Source: Candidatus Omnitrophota bacterium (GTDB lineage Bacteria > Omnitrophota > Gorgyraeia > Gygaellales > Profunditerraquicolaceae). From it: DNA of 64,000 nt. Location: assembly GCA_028712375.1 (NCBI GenBank), contig JAQTQG010000002.1, positions 8,032-72,031 of the forward strand, in the 5' to 3' direction. Of the stretch, positions 36,329 to 46,610 are shown in pieces. Made by a program: the position numbers and the translations under genes. The stretch's first letter is position 1; each line of letters begins with the position of its first letter. A model generated the notes under the pieces. The model was not told where the DNA came from and did not search any database. It saw only the letters and a program-made list of their open reading frames with translations.

Positions 36329-37375
36329 TTATTCTTTCCTCAACATTCTTCTGATATTGCGAATATACGGCATCCGGATAATTCCCCGTTCAGTAATAAT
36401 CCCGTTAATTAATTGGTGCGGAATAATATCAAAAGCCGGATTAAGCACTCTGGCATTCTTTGGGGTAATCTCTCTTTTAAATAACAAGGAGGCTACCTCC
36501 TTATCCTTACGCATCTCAATCTTTATTCCGGAGCCATCTTTTATCTTTAGGTCAAAAGTACTCTTAGGGGCAGCAACATAAAAAGGCACCTTATGATATC
36601 TGGCTAAAACTGCCAGGTTAAAACTGCCGATTTTATTCGCCGTATCGCCGTTTGCCGCAATACGGTCAGCGCCGGTAATTACCACATCCACCTTGCCTTC
36701 CTGCATCAACTTGGCAGCCGTGTTATCAGCGATCAATGTAACATCAACCCCCTGTTTATGCAATTCCCAGGCGGATAGGCGCGCTCCCTGTAATAAAGGC
36801 CGCGTTTCGCAGCAAAAAGCTTCTAGCTTCTTGCCCTGCGCCTGGGCGGAGTAAATGACCCCCAAGGCAGTGCCGTAATCAATCGTCGCCAGTATTCCGG
36901 CATTACAAATCGTCAAAACTTTATCATTTTTTCTAAACAGCTTGGACCCATAATAACCGATCTTGCGGCAGGAAAGCGCATCTTCCCGCATAATCGATTT
37001 TGCATCAGCTAATATAATTTGCTTAATTTGGGTAATCGGCTTAGTTTTATTGGCTGCCGCAACCGCTAATATTCTTTCTATCCCCCAGAATAAATTCCTG
37101 GCGGTTGGACGGCTGCTGGCAAGATATTTCGCTACAGAGGTTAATTTCCGGTTGAATTTATCCCAATCAGAACAAACATAATCTTTTATTCCTAAATACA
37201 TTCCCAATCCGGCGGCTGCCCCTAAAGCCGGAGCACCCCGCACCTGCATTATCTTAATTGCCTGCCAAAGGTCTTCCAAGCGATTAATATCAATATATAC
37301 TAATTTAAGCGGTAATTTTGTTTGATCAATAATCCTAACCTTATTACTCTTCCAGTCTATTGTACGAATATTCAT
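36329..37375 (-). CDS. mtnA: S-methyl-5-thioribose-1-phosphate isomerase (eIF-2B alpha/beta/delta family)
   Basis: MNIRTIDWKSNKVRIIDQTKLP ... VGADRIAANGDTANKIGS. The start is placed at MNIRT; the ORF track offers an upstream Met at 37468. Confidence 0.8.
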   Translation of the reverse strand: MNIRTIDWKSNKVRIIDQTKLPLKLVYIDINRLEDLWQAIKIMQVRGAPALGAAAGLGMYLGIKDYVCSDWDKFNRKLTSVAKYLASSRPTARNLFWGIERILAVAAANKTKPITQIKQIILADAKSIMREDALSCRKIGYYGSKLFRKNDKVLTICNAGILATIDYGTALGVIYSAQAQGKKLEAFCCETRPLLQGARLSAWELHKQGVDVTLIADNTAAKLMQEGKVDVVITGADRIAANGDTANKIGSFNLAVLARYHKVPFYVAAPKSTFDLKIKDGSGIKIEMRKDKEVASLLFKREITPKNARVLNPAFDIIPHQLINGIITERGIIRMPYIRNIRRMLRKE

Positions 37376-37502
37376 ATTTGCGTAAGTTGATATTTTTACG
37401 GGTGGCTTGGGTGTTTTTCCGCCACCTGGCGGACACCCGCGCAATTCCAATTGGCGCGGGGTGCCCATGTGATAAACCCCAAGACAGGACCCGTAAAAAT
37501 TA

Positions 37503-38621
37503 TTACAATCCTATTAATTTAGCCAATAGGCTCTTCTTTACTCCGATCGCTGCTGCCGGACAAGCTTCCTGACAGCAAAAACAAGCGATACATTGACGAT
37601 AGTTAATCTGTATTCCACTTTTCTTTAACCTAATACACTGCTTCGGGCAAACCTTAACGCAATGCCCGCAACGCGTGCATTTTAAGCGTAATGAATAAGG
37701 ATAATATCTGACCAAAGATTTAAATATCTTTGTGATCACCGGAGGCAAGCTGGTCAGCTTTACTGAATTTTTCGGCAGAATAAACGGACGGATATTTAAC
37801 TTGCTAATACCCTCTCCTTCTATCTTTATTTTATCCAACTGGGCTTGCCCTAAATTACGTAAAGAAGCTTCTTTGGTCGTTAAAACCTCTTGTTTAACTC
37901 CCATTATTTTCGCAACCACCGTATCTAAAGCCACACAATCGGCTCCACAAAGCAAAAGGCCAAGCTCCCGGGGTATACCGCTGGTTGCCGGGCCGTCCCC
38001 TTCCATCGCCAATATCCCGTCAATAATCGTAAGGTCCGGTTTTGCTTCCTGATAAATATCTACCAAAACTTTAGCAAACTCGGAAGGCGCAAAATAATTC
38101 TTATGCAATTCGGTTTTATAGGTTCCAGAAACTAAACCAAAAAGATTTTTAATTGCCCCGGTAATCAAAGTAAGTTCGTGGGTTTTAAATTTAGGCAGGC
38201 TGACTAAATGGTCACACTCATCCAGGACTGCGGTAAGCGGAAATTTATCGCGCATCCGCCGCTTATCAAAATTTACCAGGCGCACGTCTTCATCCTGACA
38301 GACCTTTTTAATTCCGGTTACCGCATAAACTTCATCCACGTTTTCAATATATTGCCCCCAGACACTCGGCCCATCACCCACAATAACTTTACAATTTATT
38401 TCTTTTAGTATCCGGATAACCGCCCGCACTACCTCCGGATGCGTAGTAATACCGCACTCCGGCGCCTTAGACATTAAAAGATTAGGCTTAACCAAAACTC
38501 TGGAATTTGGTTTAACAAAATTGGCTATTCCCCCTAGCAAGCCGAGTGCGTCCCGGATGGCTTGCTGTACTTTCGCCGATTCATAATTACTGCACTTAAC
38601 AATGGAAATTCGAGCGCTCAT
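37503..38621 (-). CDS. DUF362 domain protein with 2x[4Fe-4S] ferredoxin domain
   Basis: N-terminal DUF362 pattern (ISIVKC...VLVKPNLL) and a C-terminal CTRCGHCVKVCP...CIACFCCQEACP. Confidence 0.7.
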   Translation of the reverse strand: MSARISIVKCSNYESAKVQQAIRDALGLLGGIANFVKPNSRVLVKPNLLMSKAPECGITTHPEVVRAVIRILKEINCKVIVGDGPSVWGQYIENVDEVYAVTGIKKVCQDEDVRLVNFDKRRMRDKFPLTAVLDECDHLVSLPKFKTHELTLITGAIKNLFGLVSGTYKTELHKNYFAPSEFAKVLVDIYQEAKPDLTIIDGILAMEGDGPATSGIPRELGLLLCGADCVALDTVVAKIMGVKQEVLTTKEASLRNLGQAQLDKIKIEGEGISKLNIRPFILPKNSVKLTSLPPVITKIFKSLVRYYPYSLRLKCTRCGHCVKVCPKQCIRLKKSGIQINYRQCIACFCCQEACPAAAIGVKKSLLAKLIGL

Positions 38622-39379
38622 GGAATTTTAAAAAAACTTTTAGCGTTTCTGGTTGTCTGCTGCCCTAACTCCTGAAGACTTATTCCCTTAATCCGGCTGA
38701 CTTCATCGGCCAGTAATTTTACCTGCATGGGCTCATTACGTTTCCCCCGGAACCCCTCCGGAGATAAATAAGGCGCGTCGGTTTCCAACATCAACCTATC
38801 CAACGGAGTCAAAGACACCATCTCTCTTAAAACCGCGGCTTTTTTATAAGTAATATTGCAGGTATAAGAAATCAAAAAACCACAGCCTAAACACTCCTGC
38901 AAGAAATTCTCATCCGCGGAAAAACAGTGCACTACCGCGGCCAAAGGCAAAGCATTCTTTAAAATCTGCAGGGTATCTTCTTCAGCCTGGCGGCAATGTA
39001 ACACGACCGGTAAATTTAATTCTTTAGCTAAAGCAATCTGTTTTAAAAAAGCCTGTTTTTGATTTTCTTTGCTCGATAAATTACGGTAATAATCCAGGCC
39101 GGTTTCTCCGATCGCCACGACTTTCTTTTCAGCAGCCAGCTGTTTTAATTTTTTTTCTGCCACAAGATCGAAAGTATCCGCATCATGCGGATGTACTCCT
39201 ACACTTGCATAAATTTGCGGGTATTGCGCAGCTAACACGCAAGATGCCGCTGAAGACTCTAAGGTAGCGCCGATATTAATAAAATATTGTACTCCTGCTT
39301 CCTGGGCGCGCCGGATAACCTGGCCGCGATCCGGCTCAAAGGCGGGAAAATCTAGATGACAATGCGTATCAATCAACAT
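38618..39379 (-). CDS. tatD: TatD family metal-dependent DNase/hydrolase
   Basis: MLIDTHCHLDF ... ETDAPY. Confidence 0.85.
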   Translation of the reverse strand: MLIDTHCHLDFPAFEPDRGQVIRRAQEAGVQYFINIGATLESSAASCVLAAQYPQIYASVGVHPHDADTFDLVAEKKLKQLAAEKKVVAIGETGLDYYRNLSSKENQKQAFLKQIALAKELNLPVVLHCRQAEEDTLQILKNALPLAAVVHCFSADENFLQECLGCGFLISYTCNITYKKAAVLREMVSLTPLDRLMLETDAPYLSPEGFRGKRNEPMQVKLLADEVSRIKGISLQELGQQTTRNAKSFFKIP

Positions 39380-39381
39380 AA

Positions 39382-40887
39382 CTATTTCTTTTTAGTTTCA
39401 ATGCGCGGAAACAGCGGGTTGCCTTTTTTGATTTTATCCGCCTTAAACTGCTCTTGAATCAACAAAGCAGTCTGGGGAATAAATATTTCTAATTGCCCGG
39501 CTACCGCCCTAATCACATCAACTAACAATCGTATAAATTCCTTTAGTTCTTCCTGCTTATTTTCCTTAGCTAAATTCCAAGGCTTGGTTTCTTCAACATG
39601 TTTATTGGCCATAGCGATTAATTCCCAGATGGCTTCTAACGCCAAACTAAAGTTTGACTCATCCAAAGCCTGGCAAACCCTGCTCTCCAAATGTTTAATT
39701 TTGGCGAGAATATCGCTGACTCTTTGGCTGTTTTGAAGTTGGCTAAAATCAATACCCGGAATATTGCCATCAAAATATTTTTCCACCATGGTCAAAGTAC
39801 GATAAACCAAATTCCCCAAGTCATTCGCTAAATCACTATTATAACGCTTGATTATCCCTTCTTCTGAAAAGTTACCATCTAAGCCAAAAGGGACTTCACG
39901 CAGAAGAAAATAACGATACGCATCTAAACCGAATTTTTCTATCATCTCAAGAGGATTAACCACATTACCGCGGGATTTAGACATTTTGTCTTCGTTAATC
40001 ATCCACCAGCCATGCGCAAAAACTGCTTTAGGCAGCTTAATGTTTAAAGCCTGCAGCATAATCGGCCAGTAGACGGTATGTTGCCTTAAAATGTCTTTGG
40101 CCATTAAGTGCAAATCTGCGGGCCACCATTGAGAAACATAATTATCCTGGCTGTCGAAATCGCCAACTGCGCTAATATAATTAATTAAAGCATCGAACCA
40201 AACATAGGTCACATGCTCCGGGGCAAAAGGCAAAGGAATTCCCCAACTAAGCCTCTCCTTGGGCCGGGAAATACATAAATCATTTAATTTGTTTAACTCT
40301 AAAAACCTTAGGGTTTCTTCATAGCGGCTGGCAGGTTTAATAAAATCCGGGCGCTCTTTAAGAAACCCCAGCAACCAATCCTGGTATTTAGATAATTTAA
40401 AAAAATAATTGGTTTCAATAATACGTTCAACCGGACGTTGACAATCCGGGCACAACCCTCCTATTGCCTGTGCCTCCAGCCAAAATGTTTCACACGGCGT
40501 ACAATATAATCCTTCATATTTACCTTCATAAATATCACCTTTTTTAAAAAGAATCTCCAGGCTCTTCTGCACAACCTTAATATGCCGCGGCTCGGTAGTA
40601 CGGATAAAATCATCATAAGAAACATTTAAAGACTGCCAAAGGCTCCTGAACTTCTGGCTGGTCTGGTCCACAAAAGCCTGCGCTGAAAGCTTAGCCGCAT
40701 CCGCAGCTTTCTGTATCTTCTGGCCATGCTCATCGGTCCCAGTAAGAAAACGTACATGCTCCGGCCCTAACTGCCGGCGTTTAAACCGGCTTAAAACATC
40801 AGCAGCAATCGTAGTATATGAATGTCCGATATGCGGAGCAGCATTTACATAATAAATAGGCGTAGTAATATAATACTTATTTGACAT
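39382..40887 (-). CDS. metG: Methionine--tRNA ligase (short form, no C-terminal tRNA-binding domain)
   Basis: HIGH motif (PHIGHSYT), KMSKS motif (KMSKSRGN) and a zinc knuckle CTPCETFW...CPDCQ. The start is placed at MSNKYYITT. Confidence 0.9.
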   Translation of the reverse strand: MSNKYYITTPIYYVNAAPHIGHSYTTIAADVLSRFKRRQLGPEHVRFLTGTDEHGQKIQKAADAAKLSAQAFVDQTSQKFRSLWQSLNVSYDDFIRTTEPRHIKVVQKSLEILFKKGDIYEGKYEGLYCTPCETFWLEAQAIGGLCPDCQRPVERIIETNYFFKLSKYQDWLLGFLKERPDFIKPASRYEETLRFLELNKLNDLCISRPKERLSWGIPLPFAPEHVTYVWFDALINYISAVGDFDSQDNYVSQWWPADLHLMAKDILRQHTVYWPIMLQALNIKLPKAVFAHGWWMINEDKMSKSRGNVVNPLEMIEKFGLDAYRYFLLREVPFGLDGNFSEEGIIKRYNSDLANDLGNLVYRTLTMVEKYFDGNIPGIDFSQLQNSQRVSDILAKIKHLESRVCQALDESNFSLALEAIWELIAMANKHVEETKPWNLAKENKQEELKEFIRLLVDVIRAVAGQLEIFIPQTALLIQEQFKADKIKKGNPLFPRIETKKK

Positions 40888-41683
40888 GGTCTTTTTCCTT
40901 ATAGCTAACCTCAATATAACCGCCTTCATCCAGCTGCACACTCACCAGTCGCTTAAAAACATTCACCCCGATCACCTTCCCCTTGCCTTCGGGAGTATTC
41001 AGATGTTCGCCTTCCCGCGGCAGCCCCTTAGAAAGTAATTTATAAGTTTCATATTCATAAGACAAACAGCACATCAGGCGGCCGCACAAGCCGGAAATCT
41101 TAGGAGGATTTAACGGTAAGCCTTCCTCTTTAGCCATTTTAATTGTTACCGGTTCAAAATCTTTCAAGAATTTTTTACAGCAAAGCTCCCGGCCGCATGA
41201 ACCATACCCGCCAAAAAGCCTGGCTTCATCCCTGACCCCGATTTGCCTTAATTCAATGCGCGCCTTAAATACTTTCGCCAGGTCTTTAACCAAATTACGA
41301 AAATCCACCCGGCCGTCTGAAGTAAAATAAAATAATATTTTAGACCGGTCAAAAGAATACTCCGCCTTGACCAGCTTCATATCCAATTTATGCTCCAGGA
41401 TCTTTTTTTCACAGGCATTAAATGCTTCCTTGGCCTTAGCGGCATTATCCTGAACCTGTTTTAAATCGCTCTCTTTAGCCAGGCGGATAACTTTCTTCGG
41501 CGGCTCTTTCGGCGGCTCTTCGTGGCAGCAATGCGCACGCGCTGCCGGAATCACGCAACCGCAGTCTAAGCCCCGGTCATGCTCAACAATCACATAGTCG
41601 CCAACCTTTAAATTCAAATTACCTGCTTGATAGAATTGAACAATCCCGGAATTATTAAGTTGTATCAGAACTAAACCTTCCAT
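40877..41683 (-). CDS. ricT: PSP1 domain protein (RicT/YaaT-like)
   Basis: PSP1 C-terminal domain pattern, conserved Cys residues, and the holB-yaaT synteny. Confidence 0.7.
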   Translation of the reverse strand: MEGLVLIQLNNSGIVQFYQAGNLNLKVGDYVIVEHDRGLDCGCVIPAARAHCCHEEPPKEPPKKVIRLAKESDLKQVQDNAAKAKEAFNACEKKILEHKLDMKLVKAEYSFDRSKILFYFTSDGRVDFRNLVKDLAKVFKARIELRQIGVRDEARLFGGYGSCGRELCCKKFLKDFEPVTIKMAKEEGLPLNPPKISGLCGRLMCCLSYEYETYKLLSKGLPREGEHLNTPEGKGKVIGVNVFKRLVSVQLDEGGYIEVSYKEKDHVK

Positions 41684-42630
41684 AGTTGCGCCCCCAAATT
41701 ATGCAAAAGTAATTTACTATTCACATTCTTCTCTAAGTACAAAGAACTTTCCGAAAGCGTGGATAAAATATCATCCAGCTGCTTAAAAGAAAACTTAGGA
41801 ATTAGTTTCAGTAAGTCACTATGCCGGTCTGAATGGATTATTTCTTTGTCTGCCGCCCCCGCCTTTAATAAATATATATCCCTGAACCAGGAAGCAAGAA
41901 TATTTAAACAAACTTGCAATTGCTCCTTGCTTTGCCCCATAATATTGCGATCCAGCGGCTTTGCGGAAATAATAAAAGAATCGAATATCCTGTTTTTTTC
42001 CTGTAGTAAAGGGGTATCCTTTAATCTTAAAGCCAAACCCAATCTGCCTTCCGCATAATAAGCCAGAAAATGCGCAGTGGTTTTATCTAAAGCGTAATTT
42101 TTGATTAAAATATTTTCCAGTTGCGCCCTGATTAAAGGAGTAAACTTGATTGCCTTACAACGGGAAAGCACAGTTTTAATAATATTCTGGGGTTTATGCG
42201 TAATTAAAATAATCACTGCGTCTTTAGGGGGCTCTTCCAAAACTTTGAGTAAAGAATTAGCTGCTTCGGTATTAAGTTTATGTGCGTTATCAATAATAAA
42301 AACTTTTACCATCCCCTCATAAGGCCGGAAACTTGCCTGCCGCAAGATATCCCGGACATCTTCAATCTTTATTTGAGATTCCCCATTCTGGATAATATGC
42401 AAATCCGGATGTTCTTCTTTGTTAATCTTCAAACATGAGCTACATTCTCCGCAGGGCCGCTGGGCTTGCCCGGTACAATTCAGCTGTCCGGCGATGATTT
42501 TAGCTGCCATCTTCTTTCCGATTCCTTCCGGGCCGCTAAAAATATATGCTCCGGAAAAGCGGGAACCCGCCAAATGAGCCCGGATAATACTTAATGGGCG
42601 CTCCTGGCCCAAACAATCGCTAAAGCGCAT
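41671..42630 (-). CDS. holB: DNA polymerase III subunit delta'
   Basis: AAA+ clamp-loader fold with a Cys zinc module (CGECSSC). It follows tmk, as is typical. Confidence 0.8.
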   Translation of the reverse strand: MRFSDCLGQERPLSIIRAHLAGSRFSGAYIFSGPEGIGKKMAAKIIAGQLNCTGQAQRPCGECSSCLKINKEEHPDLHIIQNGESQIKIEDVRDILRQASFRPYEGMVKVFIIDNAHKLNTEAANSLLKVLEEPPKDAVIILITHKPQNIIKTVLSRCKAIKFTPLIRAQLENILIKNYALDKTTAHFLAYYAEGRLGLALRLKDTPLLQEKNRIFDSFIISAKPLDRNIMGQSKEQLQVCLNILASWFRDIYLLKAGAADKEIIHSDRHSDLLKLIPKFSFKQLDDILSTLSESSLYLEKNVNSKLLLHNLGAQLWKV

Positions 42631-43228
42631 ACCGGAGGACCTCTCTGATTTTATCCTGCGTTTTAAACTTATCTTCCAGGACTTTAACAATTTTAATTCT
42701 TTGCGGCTCCTGTTTTGCCAGCGTCAAATACCCTCTTCTAACCTTTTCATGATAGCTTATTGAGCGCTGCTCAATACGGTCCTTGCAAGCATGCCGGTGT
42801 TTAAGCCCGCTTTCAACCGGTAAATCCAGAAAAATGGTTAAATCCGGCTTAATACCCTGTGTAGCAAAATTACCTAAAAGCTTGATTAACTTTATATCAA
42901 TACCTAAACCGAACCCCTGATAAGCAATCGTAGAATCAAGAAACCTATCGCAAACCACTATTTTTTTATCTTCCAGCGCGGGCTTAATAATTTCTTCAAC
43001 TACTTGAGCCCGGGCAGCCATATAAAGCAAGGTTTCGGCCTGAGCGGATATTTTACTTTTAGGATCAAGCAAGAGCGCCCGGATCTTTTCGCTTAAAGCC
43101 ACTCCTCCCGGCTCCCGCAGATAGATAACTCTGCTTCCGCATGATTTAAGATAACTAAATAACATCTCTGACTGCGTACTTTTACCGCAGCCTTCGGAAC
43201 CTTCAAATGTAATAAATTTACTCTTCAT
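42620..43228 (-). CDS. tmk: Thymidylate kinase
   Basis: P-loop FITFEGSEGCGKSTQ. The start is placed at MKSKF because the upstream ORF extension covers a GC-rich structured noncoding element. Confidence 0.85.
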   Translation of the reverse strand: MKSKFITFEGSEGCGKSTQSEMLFSYLKSCGSRVIYLREPGGVALSEKIRALLLDPKSKISAQAETLLYMAARAQVVEEIIKPALEDKKIVVCDRFLDSTIAYQGFGLGIDIKLIKLLGNFATQGIKPDLTIFLDLPVESGLKHRHACKDRIEQRSISYHEKVRRGYLTLAKQEPQRIKIVKVLEDKFKTQDKIREVLRYAL

Positions 43229-43244
43229 ATTGTTATATTTGCTT

Positions 43245-43326
43245 GGCGGGTCCTGTCTGCCAATCCACCTCGCCGTGCTCACTTGCGTTGCGCGCGACAA
43301 GGGCTCTGTCTTGGCAGTCACCCGCC
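43245..43326. other. GC-rich ~80-nt imperfect long hairpin between the cysS stop and the tmk start; candidate cis-regulatory RNA or small ncRNA
   Basis: GGCGGGT...CTGCCAA pairs with TTGGCAG...ACCCGCC. Internal GC-rich stems (CTTGTCGCGCGCAACGCAAG). No U-tract. Composition contrasts with the AT-rich surroundings. Confidence 0.45.
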
Positions 43327-43348
43327 GTAATCAAAACCGTATCAGCCG

Positions 43349-44761
43349 CTATAATTTTCTACGCCAAGTTGTACCTTCTTTGGTATCTTCTAAAATTATA
43401 CCTTTGGTTTCTAATTCCTGCCTGATTTCATCTGATCGCTTAAAATCTTTTCTCTTCCTGGCATCGTTTCGCTGATCAATTAATACGGTTACACTCGCCT
43501 GCAGATCTTTAAAACCGGTTTTTTTATTTAAATCTAAGCCGAATACACTGGTAAGCTCTTGTAAAATCAACCAAGAATGAGATATAAAGTTTTGGTCATC
43601 AATGTTTTTATTAGCAATATTCACCAGATCAAAAATTGTTGCTAAGGCCCGTGGAGTATTAAAATCATCATCCATAGCTTTAGCAAACTTCCCCTTAACA
43701 TCTCCCAGTTCCACGGGTAAGTTACCGAATGATTCTTTGACTAAAGGATAAACCAGCTTATTTTGCAAAATCAATATTCTTTCTAAAGACTGTTTGGCTT
43801 CTTGAATTTTCTCATCGGTATAATCAACCGGATGAGAATAATGCGTAGATAAAAATAATAACTTTAATAAATCAGCATATTCATACTTATCCAGAAAATC
43901 TTTTACTGTTATAAAATTACCTAAAGATTTAGACATTTTCTGAGCATTGATTGTCAATAATCCATGATGCATCCAGTAACGCGCAAACTTCTTACCTGCG
44001 CCTTCGGATTGGGCGATTTCATTTTCATGATGCGGAAAAATAAGATCCAGTCCGCCGCCGTGAATATCAAATTCATCCCCCAAAATATCCGAACTCATCA
44101 CCGAACACTCAATATGCCAGCCCGGCCGGCCAGGCCCCCACGGGCTGTCCCAGGCAGGCTCTCCAGGCTTAGCAGATTTCCATAAAGCAAAATCTAAAGG
44201 ATCTTTCTTTTTCTCACCCAGAGCAATTCTTGCCCCCGCTTCCATTTTTTCCAAGGCCTGGTGAGATAACTTGCCGTAGTCTTTTGCTTTTTTAATATCA
44301 AAATATACATCCCCTTCAGAAACATAAGCGCAGCCTTTTTCAATCAATAGCTGGATAAATTTCTGCATTAGAGGATTATTGGAGCCAACATATTCAGTGG
44401 CTTTGGGCTCAATATCCGGTTCAAGAATCCCTAAGCTTTTCATGTCTTCATGATAAAGACCGAGGTATTTAGTAGAAACTTTTCTTACTGCTTCATTTAA
44501 ATCTTCATTTTCAAACTCTGCTTGAGCCTTATTAATAATTTTATCATCCACATCCGTCACATTCCTGACGAATTTAACCTGATACCCTCGATATACTAAA
44601 TACCTTCTAATCACATCAAAGATATAGGCACTGCGGGCATGGCCAATATGGGGCTGGTCATAAACCGTCGGACCGCAGACATACATCTTAACCTCTTTAG
44701 GTTTTAAAGGGATAAACTCTTCTTTCTTTCTGGTGAGAGAATTATATATAAAAATAGGCAT
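43349..44761 (-). CDS. cysS: Cysteine--tRNA ligase
   Basis: HIGH motif (QPHIGHARS), KMSKS motif (KMSKSLGN) and zinc-binding Cys residues. Confidence 0.92.
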   Translation of the reverse strand: MPIFIYNSLTRKKEEFIPLKPKEVKMYVCGPTVYDQPHIGHARSAYIFDVIRRYLVYRGYQVKFVRNVTDVDDKIINKAQAEFENEDLNEAVRKVSTKYLGLYHEDMKSLGILEPDIEPKATEYVGSNNPLMQKFIQLLIEKGCAYVSEGDVYFDIKKAKDYGKLSHQALEKMEAGARIALGEKKKDPLDFALWKSAKPGEPAWDSPWGPGRPGWHIECSVMSSDILGDEFDIHGGGLDLIFPHHENEIAQSEGAGKKFARYWMHHGLLTINAQKMSKSLGNFITVKDFLDKYEYADLLKLLFLSTHYSHPVDYTDEKIQEAKQSLERILILQNKLVYPLVKESFGNLPVELGDVKGKFAKAMDDDFNTPRALATIFDLVNIANKNIDDQNFISHSWLILQELTSVFGLDLNKKTGFKDLQASVTVLIDQRNDARKRKDFKRSDEIRQELETKGIILEDTKEGTTWRRKL

Positions 44762-44769
44762 GACTAACC

Positions 44770-45450
44770 TTATTTCTTTTCTAAGTTTTTAACTCTATCC
44801 TGCAGTTCTTCAATCGTCTGCATAATCGGATCCAGTATATGCACATGGTCCAGGCTGACATCCATTTTTTTGCCATCCTGTTTGGTAATCCTGCCGGGAA
44901 CACCGACTACCGTAGAATTCGGCGGGACATCTTTTACCACTACGGCATTTGCTCCGATATAAGAATTATCCCCGATTACAATATTTCCCAAGACCTTGGC
45001 TCCCGCGCCCACAACCACATTATTACCGATGGTCGGATGCCGTTTACCCTTCACAATACCCGTGCCGCCTAAAGTTGAGCCCTGGTAAAGTAAAACATCA
45101 TCTCCGATAATCGTCGTCTCTCCGATGACTACGCCAAATCCATGGTCAATAAAAAACCGCTTGCCGATTCTGGCTCCCGGATGAATCTCGATGCCGGTAA
45201 AAAACCTGGCAACCTGAGATAATAAGCGGGCTAAAAAAAACAGGTGTACTTTATAAAAAACATGCGCAATACGGTAATAGATTAAAGCATGCAGCCCGGG
45301 ATAAAGTAAAATTATCTCTAAGAAACTTTTAGCTGCAGGATCCTTTTTTTGCGCCGCCCGGATATCCGCGTAGAAGAATATAGAAATCAACACCAACTTA
45401 ATTATCGCAATCCCCAGCAATATAATTAAAATGCTCATAAGATAACCCAT
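44770..45450 (-). CDS. cysE: Serine O-acetyltransferase (hexapeptide-repeat), with a short hydrophobic N-terminal extension
   Basis: SATase N-domain ([29 protein letters not shown]) followed by left-handed beta-helix hexapeptide repeats. Confidence 0.85.
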   Translation of the reverse strand: MGYLMSILIILLGIAIIKLVLISIFFYADIRAAQKKDPAAKSFLEIILLYPGLHALIYYRIAHVFYKVHLFFLARLLSQVARFFTGIEIHPGARIGKRFFIDHGFGVVIGETTIIGDDVLLYQGSTLGGTGIVKGKRHPTIGNNVVVGAGAKVLGNIVIGDNSYIGANAVVVKDVPPNSTVVGVPGRITKQDGKKMDVSLDHVHILDPIMQTIEELQDRVKNLEKK

Positions 45451-45451
45451 A

Positions 45452-45934
45452 TTATTCCCCCTTCACTAAAGAAGCTGTGGCAAAGCAGGAGATTGCTTCC
45501 ATATGCCCCACAGCGCCTAGCCCTTCATTAGTTTTTGCTTTAATATTTAAAGTGTCCTGCCCGATACCCAGAAGCGCACAGATCTTTTCCTTAATTTGTT
45601 TCTTAAAAGGCGTTAATTTAGGTTCCTGGGCAATCACAATTATATCCAAATTATTTATTGTATATCCACTCTTATCCACCAGCTCTTTAACCACTTTAAG
45701 CAACTGGCTGCTGGCAATACCCTGGTATTTAGGGTCCGTATCCGGAAAATGTTCTCCGATATCTCCCAGCGCTAAAGCACCTAACAAAGCATCACAAAGC
45801 GCATGGATCAACACATCCGCATCCGAATGCCCCAAGAGGCCTTTAATATAAGGGATTTCTACTGCCCCTAAAAACAGTTTCCTACCTTCGGTTAAACGAT
45901 GAATATCATAACCTATACCAACCCTATATTGCAT
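45452..45934 (-). CDS. ispF: 2-C-methyl-D-erythritol 2,4-cyclodiphosphate synthase
   Basis: [11 protein letters not shown] ... HSDADV. Confidence 0.92.
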   Translation of the reverse strand: MQYRVGIGYDIHRLTEGRKLFLGAVEIPYIKGLLGHSDADVLIHALCDALLGALALGDIGEHFPDTDPKYQGIASSQLLKVVKELVDKSGYTINNLDIIVIAQEPKLTPFKKQIKEKICALLGIGQDTLNIKAKTNEGLGAVGHMEAISCFATASLVKGE

Positions 45935-46610
45935 GGATTAACCTTTCGGCAATTGGCCCGGCAAATAATAAATCTTCTTTGGTGGTAATCTTAATATTTT
46001 CATACCTTCCTGGAACCAGCAAAACTTGCTTACCTAGCTTTTCAACCAATGAAGCATCATCCGTAACATCGCTGGCTGAATACTTTCTATACGCCTCTAG
46101 AATCAAATCTTTTTTAAACACCTGCGGAGTCTGTATTTCCCAAAGAGTATCCCGATCCAAAGTCTGCCTTACTATATTATTCCGGTAAGATGATTTTATG
46201 GTGGCTTTTGGCTTTACCGCAACAATAGCGGAGCCGGTTTTTTTAGCTGCCGAAATAACCCTGTTTATCGAACCCCGGTCAATAAACGGCCGGGCTGAAT
46301 CATGAATTAACACCCACCTACTATTGTCGTTAGCCGCCCTGAGTCCGTTATACACCGAATCCTGCCTGCGCCGGCCGCCCAAAACCAAAGCCTTAACTTT
46401 CTTAAATGAATATTTATTTATTAACTGTTTTATTGCCCACCGACTCCGGGGGTTCACCACCACAATAATTTCATTAACTCCCGGATGCTTATTCAAAGTG
46501 CTCAATGAATAAACTATCGCCGGCAATTTACCTATTTTTACTAAAGGCTTGGGCACGGCAGCTTTTAAGCGCCTGCCTTGCCCGGCAGCCAAAACAATCG
46601 CGCTAAGCAT
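45924..46610 (-). CDS. ispD: 2-C-methyl-D-erythritol 4-phosphate cytidylyltransferase
   Basis: AIVLAAGQGRRL nucleotidyltransferase motif. Confidence 0.9.
   Translation of the reverse strand: MLSAIVLAAGQGRRLKAAVPKPLVKIGKLPAIVYSLSTLNKHPGVNEIIVVVNPRSRWAIKQLINKYSFKKVKALVLGGRRRQDSVYNGLRAANDNSRWVLIHDSARPFIDRGSINRVISAAKKTGSAIVAVKPKATIKSSYRNNIVRQTLDRDTLWEIQTPQVFKKDLILEAYRKYSASDVTDDASLVEKLGKQVLLVPGRYENIKITTKEDLLFAGPIAERLIHAI

Noticed and set aside
43245-43326. GC-rich element considered as a tRNA, or as SRP/4.5S RNA.
   Set aside because: It has a 7-bp closing stem but no D-loop or T-loop consensus (no GTTCRANYC), and no SRP domain IV motif (GGAA tetraloop / AGCAGCCAAGGCAG-like).
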